This document shows, in pieces, positions 50,047 through 62,344 of a DNA stretch of 64,000 bases (position 1 is its first letter; every line of letters begins with the position of its first letter). A program made the position numbers and the translations under genes. The notes beneath the pieces are model-generated. The model saw only the letters and a list, made by a program, of their open reading frames with translations. It was not told the DNA's origin and did not search any database. The stretch lies in assembly GCA_010909165.1 (NCBI GenBank), contig VJWM01000107.1, positions 248,001 through 312,000 of the forward strand, given 5' to 3'. Origin of the DNA: Anthoceros angustus. Its lineage: Eukaryota; Plantae; Anthocerotophyta.

Positions 50047-52182
50047 TTACATGCAAAACCTGCCCCACAGACCCGTCTGCTGTTCGTCGGTATTGCAAAC
50101 TACAGCACCGCCTTTTACGCCTGTTAGCAACTTCCCAATGACTAGCTGGGACGAAATCCTAACAAGGCCCTGATCCTGCAAGCATCTTCCAATGTCAGTA
50201 ACCACTCGAACTCACCTCCGTGGGTACAGAAACCCGCAACATTTTCAGCGGCATAAGAAATCTCCATGCTGCCTGCACTAGGAGAGATGTTTACCTGCGG
50301 CCGAATGTTGGATATTTTTACAATTCCATAGTTGCGGGACCTTGTCCAACGATGATGACTGAAAGAGTAGCCCTTCTGTAGGTATTCAGCTCTTCCCGCT
50401 GCTCGCAACAGGAAGTACGCGGACTTGGGGAGTGGACGGTTGGCAATGGCACTAGTTGTAAGCTGGCAAAACTTCACTTCGTTGTCTTTCGTAACTCTTG
50501 AATGGCCACCGCAGTGGACATCCCCTGAAGAAACGCAACGCTGGGTTAGCCCATAGTAAGACAACACTTGTACGGGGGCTGTGAAGTCTACGTCCAAGAC
50601 GAAAGGAGGAGAGTGAGGAAAGATATAACACACCTCCCAAAACCAAAAGTTCACGCCCCTTCCGATGGGATTTCCAGCTGCAAAGTGCTTCGCAGAACTC
50701 TATCTGCTCATTGACATGAGCGGGGGCTGACCAATGGCCTTTGAAATCCTCCAAGCGGTGCACAGCTCTCCCTAGAACAAATGTGAAACCAGTATCTAGA
50801 AACACGAGGGGAGCTGGGGAGCACACCAACAGGGCACGAGCGTTGTCAAAAAGCCCTCCAGGGCTAAGGGATTTGTGGATATCCTCCCACTGCCGAGATC
50901 CTAGATAAGGTTTGGGGTCGCCCTCCTGCCGGTGAAAAGACCGAGACCCCCGAATATCAATAAACAGGTACCCCACTCCTCCTATCACATGGAAGTGGTA
51001 GTCCTGCAGAGCCAAGTCAAGAGTTAGGAGGAGGAAGTAAACCGCATGCCTTCCAACACCTAGTAACTAGCATTGCATTACCTTGTGTACAGAGTCCAAC
51101 TTCTCAAAATCCACGTCCTCGTGAAGTTGCCGCTGGTACTCCAGATTCACTATCCAGGCACACCGCGCGATGAAGAACTCAACGGTGCTAGCATCTGCAT
51201 GCTCTTTGCTATCACCCCAGTTGTCCCGCACCTCATGATCATCATAAATCATAAGGTTGGGACAATTGGCAAGGCAGCAAGCAGTTGGGGGATGACCCCA
51301 TGTCTCTCTGTACACTTCCCTGTACTTCTCAAGAATGGCCTGCTCCTCCTCTTTCCACTCCTCCGGTGGCACATCCTTGAGCAAGGCCATGGACAGCTTA
51401 AACTTGTCCGACCACTTATCATACTGGTGCTCCGCGATCCCTTCATCCATCAGCTTGTCGCCATCTCCGTAAACCTACAAGATACCAACCTCTCAGACAG
51501 AACAAGAGTCGGGCAGCCAGCCACACGATCGACAACAGTGGAAACAAACACTTTCCCCCACCTGATCACCAAGATGCACCAGCTGATCCACACCCCCACT
51601 CCTAATCGCCTTCTCAAGATGAGCCCACAGATCAGAACGCGGAGGAATCTCCTGCTCTGTCACAAAAATCTTGTTGCAGCTGATAACCCCCACGGTCACA
51701 CCACTCTCCTCTGGCTCCGAAGGAAAAGTTCGAAAACTCGTAGGAATCACCCCCAGAACCCCGTCAAACTCTACGACGTATTTGGTCGCCGGCACAAGCC
51801 CTCCAATCTGAAACACCTCCGCCCTGCCACCCGCCAAACGCTTCTCCACCGACACCGGATTCTGGTTGGGCCCAACCTCCCGCGGCCGTCGCGGCCTGAA
51901 CTCGTGTCGCCTACTGGCACGCCTGGTGAGAATCGGCGCCAGCTCCGGCTCTCGTACGGGCGTCAGCGTGATCTTCACAAGCCCTGGCTTGTTCACCTCG
52001 ATCAAAATGCGCGCCGTGGTATCAGTAACCTTCCCAATCACCGGCCCCACCTTGAGCTGCCCCGGGACTCTCGGCCTCCCCGCCTTTCCAAGAAACTTCA
52101 CCAGGACCCGTTTAGCGCTATCCACCCATCGGGACTGCACTTTAACATTGTCCCCCGACCCCAGAACCTCCATCTGAGCCAT
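50047..52182 (-). CDS. PhoD-like alkaline phosphatase / metallophosphatase, 5 exons (52182-51562, 51474-51082, 51003-50634, 50524-50295, about 50175-50047)
   Basis: GPVIGKVTDTTARILIE (N-terminal FN3-like part), ISCN, HLGDQ|VYGD, MIYDDHEVRDNWG, D.RGSR, LG..QW, GG|DVH and NYG, the PhoD metal-binding motifs, with in-frame GT-AG junctions. Confidence 0.85.
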
Positions 52183-54079
52183 TCCGGGGATCAAGATTTT
52201 TCTCTCCCCTCCTACCCTCCTTCCTCCCTTCCCGCCCTGCGCTTAGGATCGCTTCAGCCTTCGAAGGAATGCTGGCAAGACAATCTAATGCATCAGCCGA
52301 GCGAGAACAATGCCAATTGAGTGAAATCAGAGCGGACAAACCACGGGAGCAGCACTGGAACGAAATTTGGCGCACACACCGGGCATCTCCGACCAGTTGC
52401 CGAGAAGAAGAACGCGGGAGAGAAGTTGCAGTCCACAGCATTGGAGCTCGGTAAGCGCGTCGCGGTCACGTTGGTCAAACGGTCGGACCGGAGAAGCCGG
52501 GTAAGGGATCCAGCTCAGGAAGCGCAGTCCGCAGTCGGCGGCATCGCCGGTCGCACATGGCATATACGAGTGGACATAAAATATGCGAATGGACTCATGA
52601 ACCAACAGCATCCTTTTAGCGCAGACCGATCGTTGGCAAGCCGGTTCCTACCTACTCCATAAAACCACAATACGAAACACGATGTGAGCTCGTCAACATA
52701 CCCTGTCCACTCCTCCCTCCATCTTCTAGAATCACAAGGATAGTACCCCAGCTCTGAGCTTCGCCTTCACTCTCCGAGGGCTATCAGCATCGGCAGGTCA
52801 GGGATTCCGGACTGGTGCTATCATTTCAGCCTGCTCAGTTTGTGTGTTAGCCATCATGGCAGCGCATCCGCTAAGTCAGTGGAAGGAATCCTACCAGTCT
52901 ACCTTTGAGGACTGGTACTATGGCACACCCCTGCCCGTTCCCTCCCCTTCTCCTTCCACTTGTGAGTCCCTACCCAGTACAGGGAAGTGCTTCCTGGGGA
53001 TTGGAAGTTGAAACAAGAAGAAGTGAGAGTGCGTGAGAGTTTTACCGAAGGGGCTGTGGAATACCGACAGTCAGCTGCCCTATAACAGTCTGTTCCCGCT
53101 GCCACCAGTGAAGAGGTGCTGTGCAAGATGTGCGCGGGAGTTTTCCAAAGTATTGGCCTGAGTAGGAGTTGCCGGGGCAGGGTATCACTCTCAGCTCTGC
53201 ACGAGTCCCGTATCCGTGTGTCCAGGCAGTGGAACTATGGCATTGCGTGTTGTTGGAGCCTCTAGGAACCTGGGCAGTGTTAGAACTGGTGCCTTGCACA
53301 CGGACAGGCAAAGGCGCTCAAAAGGTGGACAGAAAACTGCTGGGTAATGCAATCTTGGAAAATATATTTCCTGGACATGTTTGCAAAAGCAGGTGACAAA
53401 AAGTTGCTGGCCAGGTCCTCACCCGCATGACACAACAGTTGTGTGGCTAGACAATGCACAATTACTGGATATATAAATGTGGAAGATTGAAGACGCACAC
53501 CGTGGCTCTGGGTTGTTTATTGAAGACCGGGAGACATGTCGATAATGTTATTTTCCAACCATGAGGCGAGGTATACCACTGCACAGGGAAAGTGGCAAGA
53601 AGCCGTGGATGTGATCTTAGGGTTGTTCACTAGGGTTTGTAGACGATATTGTGAACCATAATCTCAAGAATAGCCCAGGTGATGTCCTAAGAGCGAAGGA
53701 GACATGGAAAGGTGAATACATCAACGGACAACGCAGAAATGCACTTTCAGGGCAGGTCACCAGCGTGGAGGGTGCAGGGGCTAGTCGTAACTCAACAACA
53801 ATACGAAGAGGTCATGGGCAGGTTTCCATCGACAATTGGGGATGGTGATCCAACTCTGGCATAAGGATTGCCTAGTCACAATGGACACGATCGCTTGAAC
53901 AACAAAATAAGGGCGGCCCTCATGTTGCCATATTTGCCAGGGACTTCAAGAAACACCTTGCAGTTTCCGATACTTCCAAATGGTTATTCCTCAATCGTCA
54001 CTCACCACATATTCCATCAGCATCCGGATGGTAGACGTTTCCGGGAGTCTCTGCTACACAGTTGGACTGGACCACAATA

Positions 54080-54740
54080 ACTAATGCCACATAGGAAAAC
54101 GGTTTAGTTCATCAAGAACTAATGTTACATAGGAAAACGGTTTAGTTCATCAAGAACTAATGCCACATTTCGTAAAGAACTAATGGAACTAATGCCACAT
54201 TTCATAAAGAACTAATGCCACATAGGAAAACGGTTTAGTTCATCAAGAACTAATGCCACATTGGAAAACCGTTTAGTTCATTAAGAAATAATCGAGTCAT
54301 GAACTGTAAATTGTACAAATCGAATTATAAACAAGTTATGAGCTACAAATTATACAAATCAAACTATAAACAAACTATAAATGAGCTATGAATTGTGAAT
54401 TGTACACATTCGGACAGGCTAATGCCACATAGGAAAAAAGTTTAGTTCATCAAGAACTAATTGAGCTATGAACTGCGAATTGTGTAAATCGAATTATAAA
54501 TGAGCTATGAACTGCGAATTGTACAAATCGAACTACAAACGAGGTATGAACTGCGAATTGTACAAACTCGGACAGACTATTGCCACATAGGAAAATGGTT
54601 TAGTTTATCAAGAACTAATAGAGCTATGAATTGCGAATTGTACAAATCGAACTATAAACAAATTATGAACCACGAATTGTACAAATCGAACTATGAATGA
54701 GCTATGAACTGTGAACTATACAAATCGAACTATAAATGCC
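54080..54740. repeat. Compound AT-rich tandem array of two interleaved units
   Basis: Unit A TAATGCCACATAGGAAAACGGTTTAGTTCATCAAGAAC (about 38 bp) and unit B GAGCTATGAACTGCGAATTGTACAAATCGAACTATAAA, each repeated many times. Confidence 0.9.
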
Positions 54741-55500
54741 CTCAGATAGGGTAATATTAATTTTTATTACATCATTTGAATTTCATTTTACCGGCACCAT
54801 CTCATTGGACATGTTCCATGAGCGTTCCGTAGGTGTTTCCCTGCCCAAAATGTTGGTTTTAGAATTTTAAGCATAGCATAGCTTGGGCTTGGTGAGCGAG
54901 TGTTTGGGGCTTGGTGAGCCAGTTTTTCGGGACTTGGGGGCATGTCTTGGGCTTGGTGAGTGAATGTCTATAGCTTGGACGTCTTCGTCTTAATGGGCAA
55001 GTTTGTACGACTTGGGTAAAACGTTTGTCTTGGGCTTAGCTTGAGCCAACTCAGTACCTTCGCCTCGTCAAGCATAAAGTCAGTAAGTCTTCATGTGTCC
55101 ATGGGGTTATTAGTGCTCGAGCTAATTTCCCTTCCCGACCACGACCGCAAGCACAATGCAAGCAGTGTGAGGCCATAGCCAAAAGCTTGGAAACGGGCTT
55201 ACCCGACAAGTGGGAAGAGGAACGGAAGAAATAGCACAGAGTAACGTGAAATTAAATTATCTAAAGTAACATGGAGTAACCGATAGAAGGTAAAAAAAAT
55301 TATTTAATCTGAGTTCGCAATGAACTATTGAGAATTTGTAAGCAATACAGTTCGGTGATCAGTTCAGCTCGAACTAAACTATACCCTTCCATGTCAGCAA
55401 ACTGAAAGCCATATGAGCTTGTGTCCGTCGGATGGTTGGTACACTTCAATTGGCCATGTGGCCAATCAGGAAACTAAGTTCGAACTTTGGTCCACTTGTG

Positions 55501-55678
55501 CTCAAACTAAAAGTCCGAAGAGGTCCTTAGTTATTCTAAAGGTATTTCCCTATGCTTCATTGGGCATGTTGGTTTCCCGAGTATGAGACCTCAAACTAAA
55601 AGTCCAAAGAGGTCCTTAGTTATTCTAAAGGTATTTCCCTATGCTTCATTGGGCATGTTGGTTTCCCGAGTATGAGAC
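55501..55678. repeat. Near-perfect 89-bp direct tandem duplication
   Basis: CTCAAACTAAAAGTCC...CCCGAGTATGAGAC at 55501 and 55590, with one visible mismatch. Confidence 0.92.
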
Positions 55679-55809
55679 TTACCACGTGAACAAACTTATT
55701 TATCTATCTATCTATCCACAATATTTTAGACTTTTTATTTTTTTGAAATTTTTTAAAAAATTAAAATAAAGTAATACAAGAGAGCTCTCAACATAGACAA
55801 AACAGGGCA

Positions 55810-56115
55810 ATAAGAGGAACAAGAAGAAGAGTTTTATTATAGTTTAGTTGGACCAAATTTCCCCAATTAGAAGAACAAAGAGAAGAAGTCCATTATAGTT
55901 CACTTGACAGAATCTCCGCAATCATAAAAAGAAGAAGTCCAGTATAGTTCACTTGGACAGAATTTTCCCAATCATAAGAACAACAAGAAGAAGTCTACTA
56001 TAGTTTACTTGGAAGAATTCCTAGTCATGTGACTTCACACTTGAGAAGGACGAGAAGAAGAAGTCTACTATAGTTAAATTGAACCGAATTTTCTAGTCAA
56101 GGAACTTCACACTTA
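55810..56115. repeat. Degenerate 45-75-bp tandem repeat, 5 copies
   Basis: Recurrent AAGAAGAAGTCTACTATAGTT(C/T)ACTTGGAC.GAATT units. Confidence 0.8.
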
Positions 56116-56539
56116 ACCCTAAGAGGACGGAGGGGTTTTTCATCACATTTCAACGAAATACTATTTTTCCAATTACTAACTAAAAAATATTTTCTACCAA
56201 CAATCTCGACAAAAATTACGAGATTGCTCTCCTCTACTTCTGCATGTGCTTAGAAAAAACTTTGACTTGTACAAGCTCTGGCCTCAATTTTCAAAATGAT
56301 CTCCCTCATGCCATGCAAAAGCCACGAGGCAGAGCATCTTTTCTCGACTAGGGAGCATCTTTGATCCGATTGCTGAGCAAAAATTATGCTCACATGGACA
56401 AACATGGTTGAGCATCGGACTCACAAAAAAAATTGGCCGGATTTGTTGAGTCTGGACATGCCAAAATATTTTTCAAGCGATGAAATCCGACCTAAAATCT
56501 AACCAGAGGTGGGCATACAAGTTGTGCCCACCAACTACT

Positions 56540-57680
56540 GTGTGTCCAAATGGCCTAGGCCAAATGGACACACATTTGTAAGAATGCTGTGATTAAGCAT
56601 CCTGAGCTTGGATCAGTACTTAGATGGGGTGCCTAACGGGAGTGGATTCCCTTGGTGCAAGTAGCTTAGGCACACCATGGTACAAGTTGTTAAGTACCAA
56701 GTCCCATGACGGAAATCCGTCCTTAGTGGACTTAAATAAAATTCTTCTTCTTCTTCTACTGCAGTAACTTCCCACCTCTCCTAACCCGTCTAATCTTCGG
56801 CCACTTCCTATCTATGTAGCACGGAGAGCCCGTAAACCAAACGTAGACACGGGTGGTTTCACGACATCTTTCACAATCTTTTTGATCCATTAGGCCTAGA
56901 AGACCCTGAAGATGGTTGATTTTTGTGTCGGAAATGGAAGCGCCCGGAAGGCCTAAGGCATTCTCAAAAATCAAATCCATACCCAAAAATTTCAATGGCC
57001 GCGAAAGCAAGACCAACAACACAAAATGATTCTGTTCGTCCTTCTAGGGTTAACAATTTGTATCATAGTGTGCTTAAAGCTACTTACACCAAGAACATCC
57101 ATTCCCTGAAGAGATCCCAAATGAGTACTCAACAACCTGTACCATGATGTGCCTAAGTTACAAATTTGCACTTAGGGCATCCACTTGCTTTAGAGACTCC
57201 ATCTAAGTACCGATCTAACCTTTCCTCTCGTGGGACTTGGTACTTCACAACTTGTACCGTATTGTGCCTAAGCTACTTGCACCAAGGGCATCTACTCCTT
57301 TTGGGAACCCCATCCAAGTAAACTTGTGCCATGGTGTGCTTATAAGCTACTTGCACCAAGGCCTCCACTCCCTTGAGGAACCTTATCGATCTTGGTACTT
57401 CACAACTTGTATCATGGTGTGCCTAAGCTACAAGCTGCACTAAGGCATCCACTCCCTTTAGGGACATAGGACTCTTCGCCTAAGGTACTTGCACTAGCAA
57501 GGGCATCTACTTCCTTTAGGGACCCCATCTAAGTACTTTACAACTTGTACCATCGTGTGCCTAATGCTACTTGCACCAAGGGCATGCACTCCTTTTAGGG
57601 ACCTCATCTAAGCACAAGATGCTTAGCAGCGACGTTCTTGTAACTGTGTATCCATTTCGCCAAACCCATTCGGAGACACA
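56540..57680. mobile_element. Inverted pair of the 18.9-kb repeat family (fold-back-like); the right arm has tandem sub-repeats
   Basis: 56541-56710 is the reverse complement of 57520-57680. Further inverted sub-repeats (ACAACTTGTACCATGGTGTGCCTAAGCTACTTGCACCAAGGGCATC variants) lie at 57130-57520. Confidence 0.75.
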
Positions 57681-58502
57681 TTTATAAGGGAAGAAGAGAC
57701 AGTCTAGGTACATTAAAAGCATTGAGCCCCCTGCCACCCTAACATTTCAGGCTTTTAGGCATCAAAATAGGTACCTAGACTACATAGAATTTTTCAGCCT
57801 CTGTCTCCCAAAGAATTGTCGGCTCCGTGTTGCTGTTCTTTACTTCATATAACAAAAGGGTATGGATTTTTAGATATTTTCTTAAAAACTAAAAAAAATG
57901 CATAGAAATTGGTACAAAAGGCTTGAAAATTCAGATTTTAGCCCTCATAAAAATCTCAAAATATAGGGAAAAAATTTTAAATAGACTTCATTAGAGTAGG
58001 TTAGTCCTTCCAAAAAAGGAAAAGGAAAGGTTAAAAAATGAATTGAAAAAGACTTAAGAAAGAAAGCTTAAGAAAGGCTTAAGCAAGGCTCAAGAAAGAA
58101 GTTACTTATTAGTAACTACTTTCTTAGGCCCCGCTTTCTAGAGGCTCTAATTAAGAAAGGAGAAAGACTCCCTATATAAAGGCTAAGGTACCCTTAGATA
58201 TTCATAAGTTTCACTTTGACTTTGACTTGTTTTAATAATAGTTTGCGTGAAGAATTATACAATAACCTATATCACTATTCTACAAATAATCTTGTACTCT
58301 TTAATTCATACAAGAGAGTTCAAAATGAAAGGAGAAAGACTCGCTATATAAAGAGTGAGTTAGCCTTAGAGGATCCTAAGTTTTTCACTTTCACATTTGA
58401 GAGAGTAGTCTAACATACTTGAACTCAAGCAAGATCTATTACTACTATTCTACAAGTGATCCCGTGCTTTTGAACTAGCACACGAGAGTTGACAGCGACA
58501 TC

Positions 58503-59227
58503 ATGATGATGGGAGTCAAGAAACTATGGCAGCTCAAACATGGGAGCCCCCATGTGAAGGCACCCCAGATAGCTTACACGCTTGCAATACACAAAGAGCA
58601 GGCTGTTGCAGCCGCTCGGGAAGCTTACGCAATATATAAAGAAGTGGATGCAGCGGCCCATGAAGCTTATGTAGCATACCAAGAGGTGAAGGTGATGGTC
58701 TCGGTAGCTTACGCAAAATACCAAGAGGTGAAATCGGCCTCGGTAGCTTATGCAGCATACGAAAAGCTAGAGGGCCTCGGCAACTTACGCAGCTTCCAAA
58801 GAGTTGAAGGATGCGGCGTTGGCAACATATACAAGACACTGAAGAGGCGGGCGACACTTCTCAGCGGCAGCATGCCAAGAGGCAGCGGCTCAAGCGCTAC
58901 ACATATACCAAGAAGTGGCAAGAAGAAATTTCAGCCAGCACGCAAAGATACTAAGAGCTAGAGGTTGCGGCTCAAGCAGCTTATGCAACATATGAAGAGG
59001 TGAAGGCAGCGGACGAGGCAGCTCACGAAACACACAAAGAGGTGGCGGAGGCTGCCCAAGCAGCTTTTGTAGCATACCAAGAAGTGACGGCTCGGACAAC
59101 TTACGGAGCATTCGACAATGTGGTGGCCAACAACAAGACAACTCACAAATCATACAAAAAGATGGCGGCGGCAGCCCGGGCAACTTCTTACAGAGTTAAG
59201 GCTTGGTTAGGGCTAAAGAAACTATGA
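58503..59227 (+). pseudogene. Frameshifted Ala/Tyr/Glu/Lys-rich repetitive coding sequence (about 14-aa period)
   Basis: AAAREAYAIYKEVD/AAAHEAYVAYQEVK/...AAHETHKEVAEAAQAAFVAYQEV, spread over ORFs in different frames. Confidence 0.45.
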
Positions 59228-60029
59228 GTTCATAGGCTAGACACATTTGTTGCCTTCGTGTGAGACTAGATGCGCAGGACTAGCTTTCAATATTTAGTAC
59301 TCAATACATGCCTCCTCTTGAACTTGACTGTAGAGTTCCTATGAACTCATGCCTTTGTGTGCAATTTGTTGCCCACTTTGAATCCTTTTAAGTGGCAATA
59401 AAAAATAAAAAAATAAATTCATACAAGTAGTGATGTCTTTATCAATTTAAAAAAAACTCAGGCGTGATATCTTGGCAAAGACCGATTTAATGTTTGTGCT
59501 CTCATTTACTAATATAAACATTTTTTCATTCTAAAAACAAAATGTAGACACTATCCTTGATGAAGACCTATTTGCAACACCAAAAAATGTGTGTAAAAGA
59601 AAACAAAATAGGTACCCATTGCTATGAATCTTGTCCTCGGTTTCTTTCCTTTTCATACTTCTCTGCCTGGGTTGCGCACTCCTTTTTCACAGGTGCTGAA
59701 CAACATACACCAAGCGATGAAATAGATGAACATTTATCATCATAGGACAAACCATCCCCTTCCGTGATCACAAAAGAAAAGGTACAAAGCAAAACAATAC
59801 TGCGCCTTGCCAAATTGAGAAGAACTGGCCATGTTTGGTAGACGTTGCAACTCGCAAAGACGTCGTGGACACATGTGCACAAAATCTGGTTGCTTGTTTT
59901 TAATTTTGCGAGCTCAGTCTCTCTTCAAGGATGTCGCTGTCATCAACTTGAACCTTGATTTGCTCTTCACAAACTCGGTGGAAAGCCATCTAGATATGCG
60001 AGCCTTGAGGTAATGGGAGACCAAGTAGT

Positions 60030-60660
60030 TTACGGAGAGGCTCTAGCAGCCCTTACAGGTTATGGAGCTCACGTAGGGCTAGGGCCAGCGCTAGCTCCAG
60101 CCTCAACAATATCTTTCAGAGCATACTTGGAGGTGCCAGTGGAAACCGCAGCAACTTAGGAGCATATCTAAGGGTGCTGGCGGCCAAGAAAGGAGCTAAC
60201 GTAGTAAGCTTGGGGGTGCTAGCAGGCAAGAAGGCAGTTGACGAAGCATACACATGGGTGTTAGTGGCTTGGAAAGTTGATACCAGAGGATATGAGGCGG
60301 CGGTGGAGGCCGAAAAAGTTGATCATGAAGCATACAAAGGGGTGGTGGTGGCTACAAAAGTTGTTTACAAGACATCCAAGGGGCACAGGCAGCCGTGAAA
60401 GCTACTTACGAAGCATATTTGGGGGTGAGCTGGCCTGACACAGGCCACATACATGAAGGGGCGGAGCGGTGAAAGCTACTTACGCAGTGCTACAAAAGTG
60501 CCTTGACATCTACTTACAAAGCATCTAGGGGAGCGCTGGAGGATTTGATACCAGCTTACGGAGCATACGAGAGGGCACTCAGAGCCTTGACAACAGCTCT
60601 CTAAGTATACGTGGAAGTGTGGGAGGCCTTGTCAAGAGCTTACAGAGATTGTGGAAGTTA
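60030..60660 (+). pseudogene. Second degenerate Ala/Tyr/Lys-rich repeat block similar to 58.5-59.2 kb
   Basis: Recurrent GCTTACGAAGCATAC-like codons (AYEAY), e.g. AVDEAYT..., VDHEAYKGVVVATKVVYK. Confidence 0.4.
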
Positions 60661-62344
60661 TTTGCTCTAGATAGGGAAACAAAAGCATTTACAACTATAC
60701 CCTACTAGAAAAGGGCACCCTATGTTACAGTCGACGTTGCAATTTTTTGTTACACTTCCACATTGCAACATGTTTTGGAGGCTTGGTATTAAGTTTGTTA
60801 GTTCTGTCCCCGTTTGGTGCAGCCATCTTAACACGAACCTGGCACTCTCTCTTCCCACCTCACCCTTCTAGGTACACCCCCTCTCTCACAAGCATTGTTA
60901 ATAATTTCCCACCGCCTTGTTAGCTATGTTGCAATTTTATGTAACACTTCCAACTTGCAACATGTTTTGATGGCTTGGTGTTAAGTTGGTCCATTTTTTC
61001 TCTTCCTTCTCCCACCATCCTAACATAATGCTTGGTCTCTCACTTCGTGTACCACTTCAAAATTGCAACACTCTTTGGTGGCTTGGTGTTCAGGGTGTCA
61101 ATTTCTTATCCACCTTCTCACCCCATCTTAACACAATGCTTGGTCTCTCTCCTCTCACCTCACCCTGCTAGTTATTGCTCCCCTTATCACACCCTTTTTA
61201 TACTCTTTCACTTCTCCTCCTCCATCATGATTGTGAGAAGGACCTCCCCTATCACAACCATTTTATACTCTTCCTCTTCCTCTTGCAACATGATTGTAAC
61301 AAGGACCTCTCTCTCCCAGCTGTCCTTCCCTTCCTATTTTACCTCCTTTGCATATCCTTTGTATACATATATATGTATATAGGCTTCAAGACATAAGTAT
61401 GTGTAAGTATGTGTACATATATATGTACACATCCATCCGTTATACTTATATTATATTAGTGTACTTATATGTGCCTCCTTTGTATATATACGCACGATAT
61501 AGGCTTCAAGACTTGTTTATATAGTAATATGTATGTGCTAACCCTTACGTCACTCTCATACCTTGCATATATAAGTGTTTGATTTTATTGACAAATTAAT
61601 TGGAATTTTTGGAGCTCAAGCATCCTCTATCCTTTCAAAGATTAGTGGCTTTGTTGCCACCGATGCAATTGGCTTTATCTACAAACATGTACGCCTTCCA
61701 AGTGATATGGCCATATGCCTTGCGACGCCACTTGGTGACTCTTCATACCAACACCATTGTTTTCGTGGTTCCTCCACAACTTCCTAGACCTATCCAGGCC
61801 TCAATCACCACTTTCACGGCGAAGGACCCTCAGAATGCTAGGCTACAAAGGTGGGAATACCAATTCCATCCGCTTTTGTTGCCGATTGACCATCACCGTC
61901 CACCCACGCATCGGCGACTCCACACCGCAAGAAAATGGCTCAACATTCACATTCCCTCCACAAACGGCCCACCGCCACTTTGTTGGATTGCATTCGCATG
62001 CGCCCGCATTCTCTCATCCATCCAGTTCCCCACCATCTCCAAAGGCTCCCGCCTCCCACATCCGTGTTCCCCACCATCTCTCAGCCCCGCCTCCCACATC
62101 CGTGTTCCCCACCATCTACGTTGCCTCCAAAGATCACTTGACGGTGATGCCCCCCTGTTTGCCACCTTTCCTCCATCTTCCTTCTCTCCACTAGTATCTA
62201 TGCCTTCCTTCCTGACATGGCCTTCACCTTCCACCAGCTTTCCCTTCCCCTTCTTCCCTGCAGTCATGCACACACATCACTTAGAGCTCACATCCTACAA
62301 ACACCATAATATTCATACCGGCGGAATAATGTAAGCCGGTTATG

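Noticed and set aside
51073-52320. 415-aa plus-strand ORF
   Set aside because: Antisense to the PhoD-like exons with no recognisable motifs; a shadow ORF.
56114-56121. Isolated telomere-like AACCCTA motifs (also near 15752 and 47703)
   Set aside because: Single units only, no array.
61600-62334. 244-aa Pro/His/Ser-rich ORF with internal ~40-bp repeats
   Set aside because: Low-complexity C-rich sequence in a repeat block with a non-ATG start and no homology recognised.
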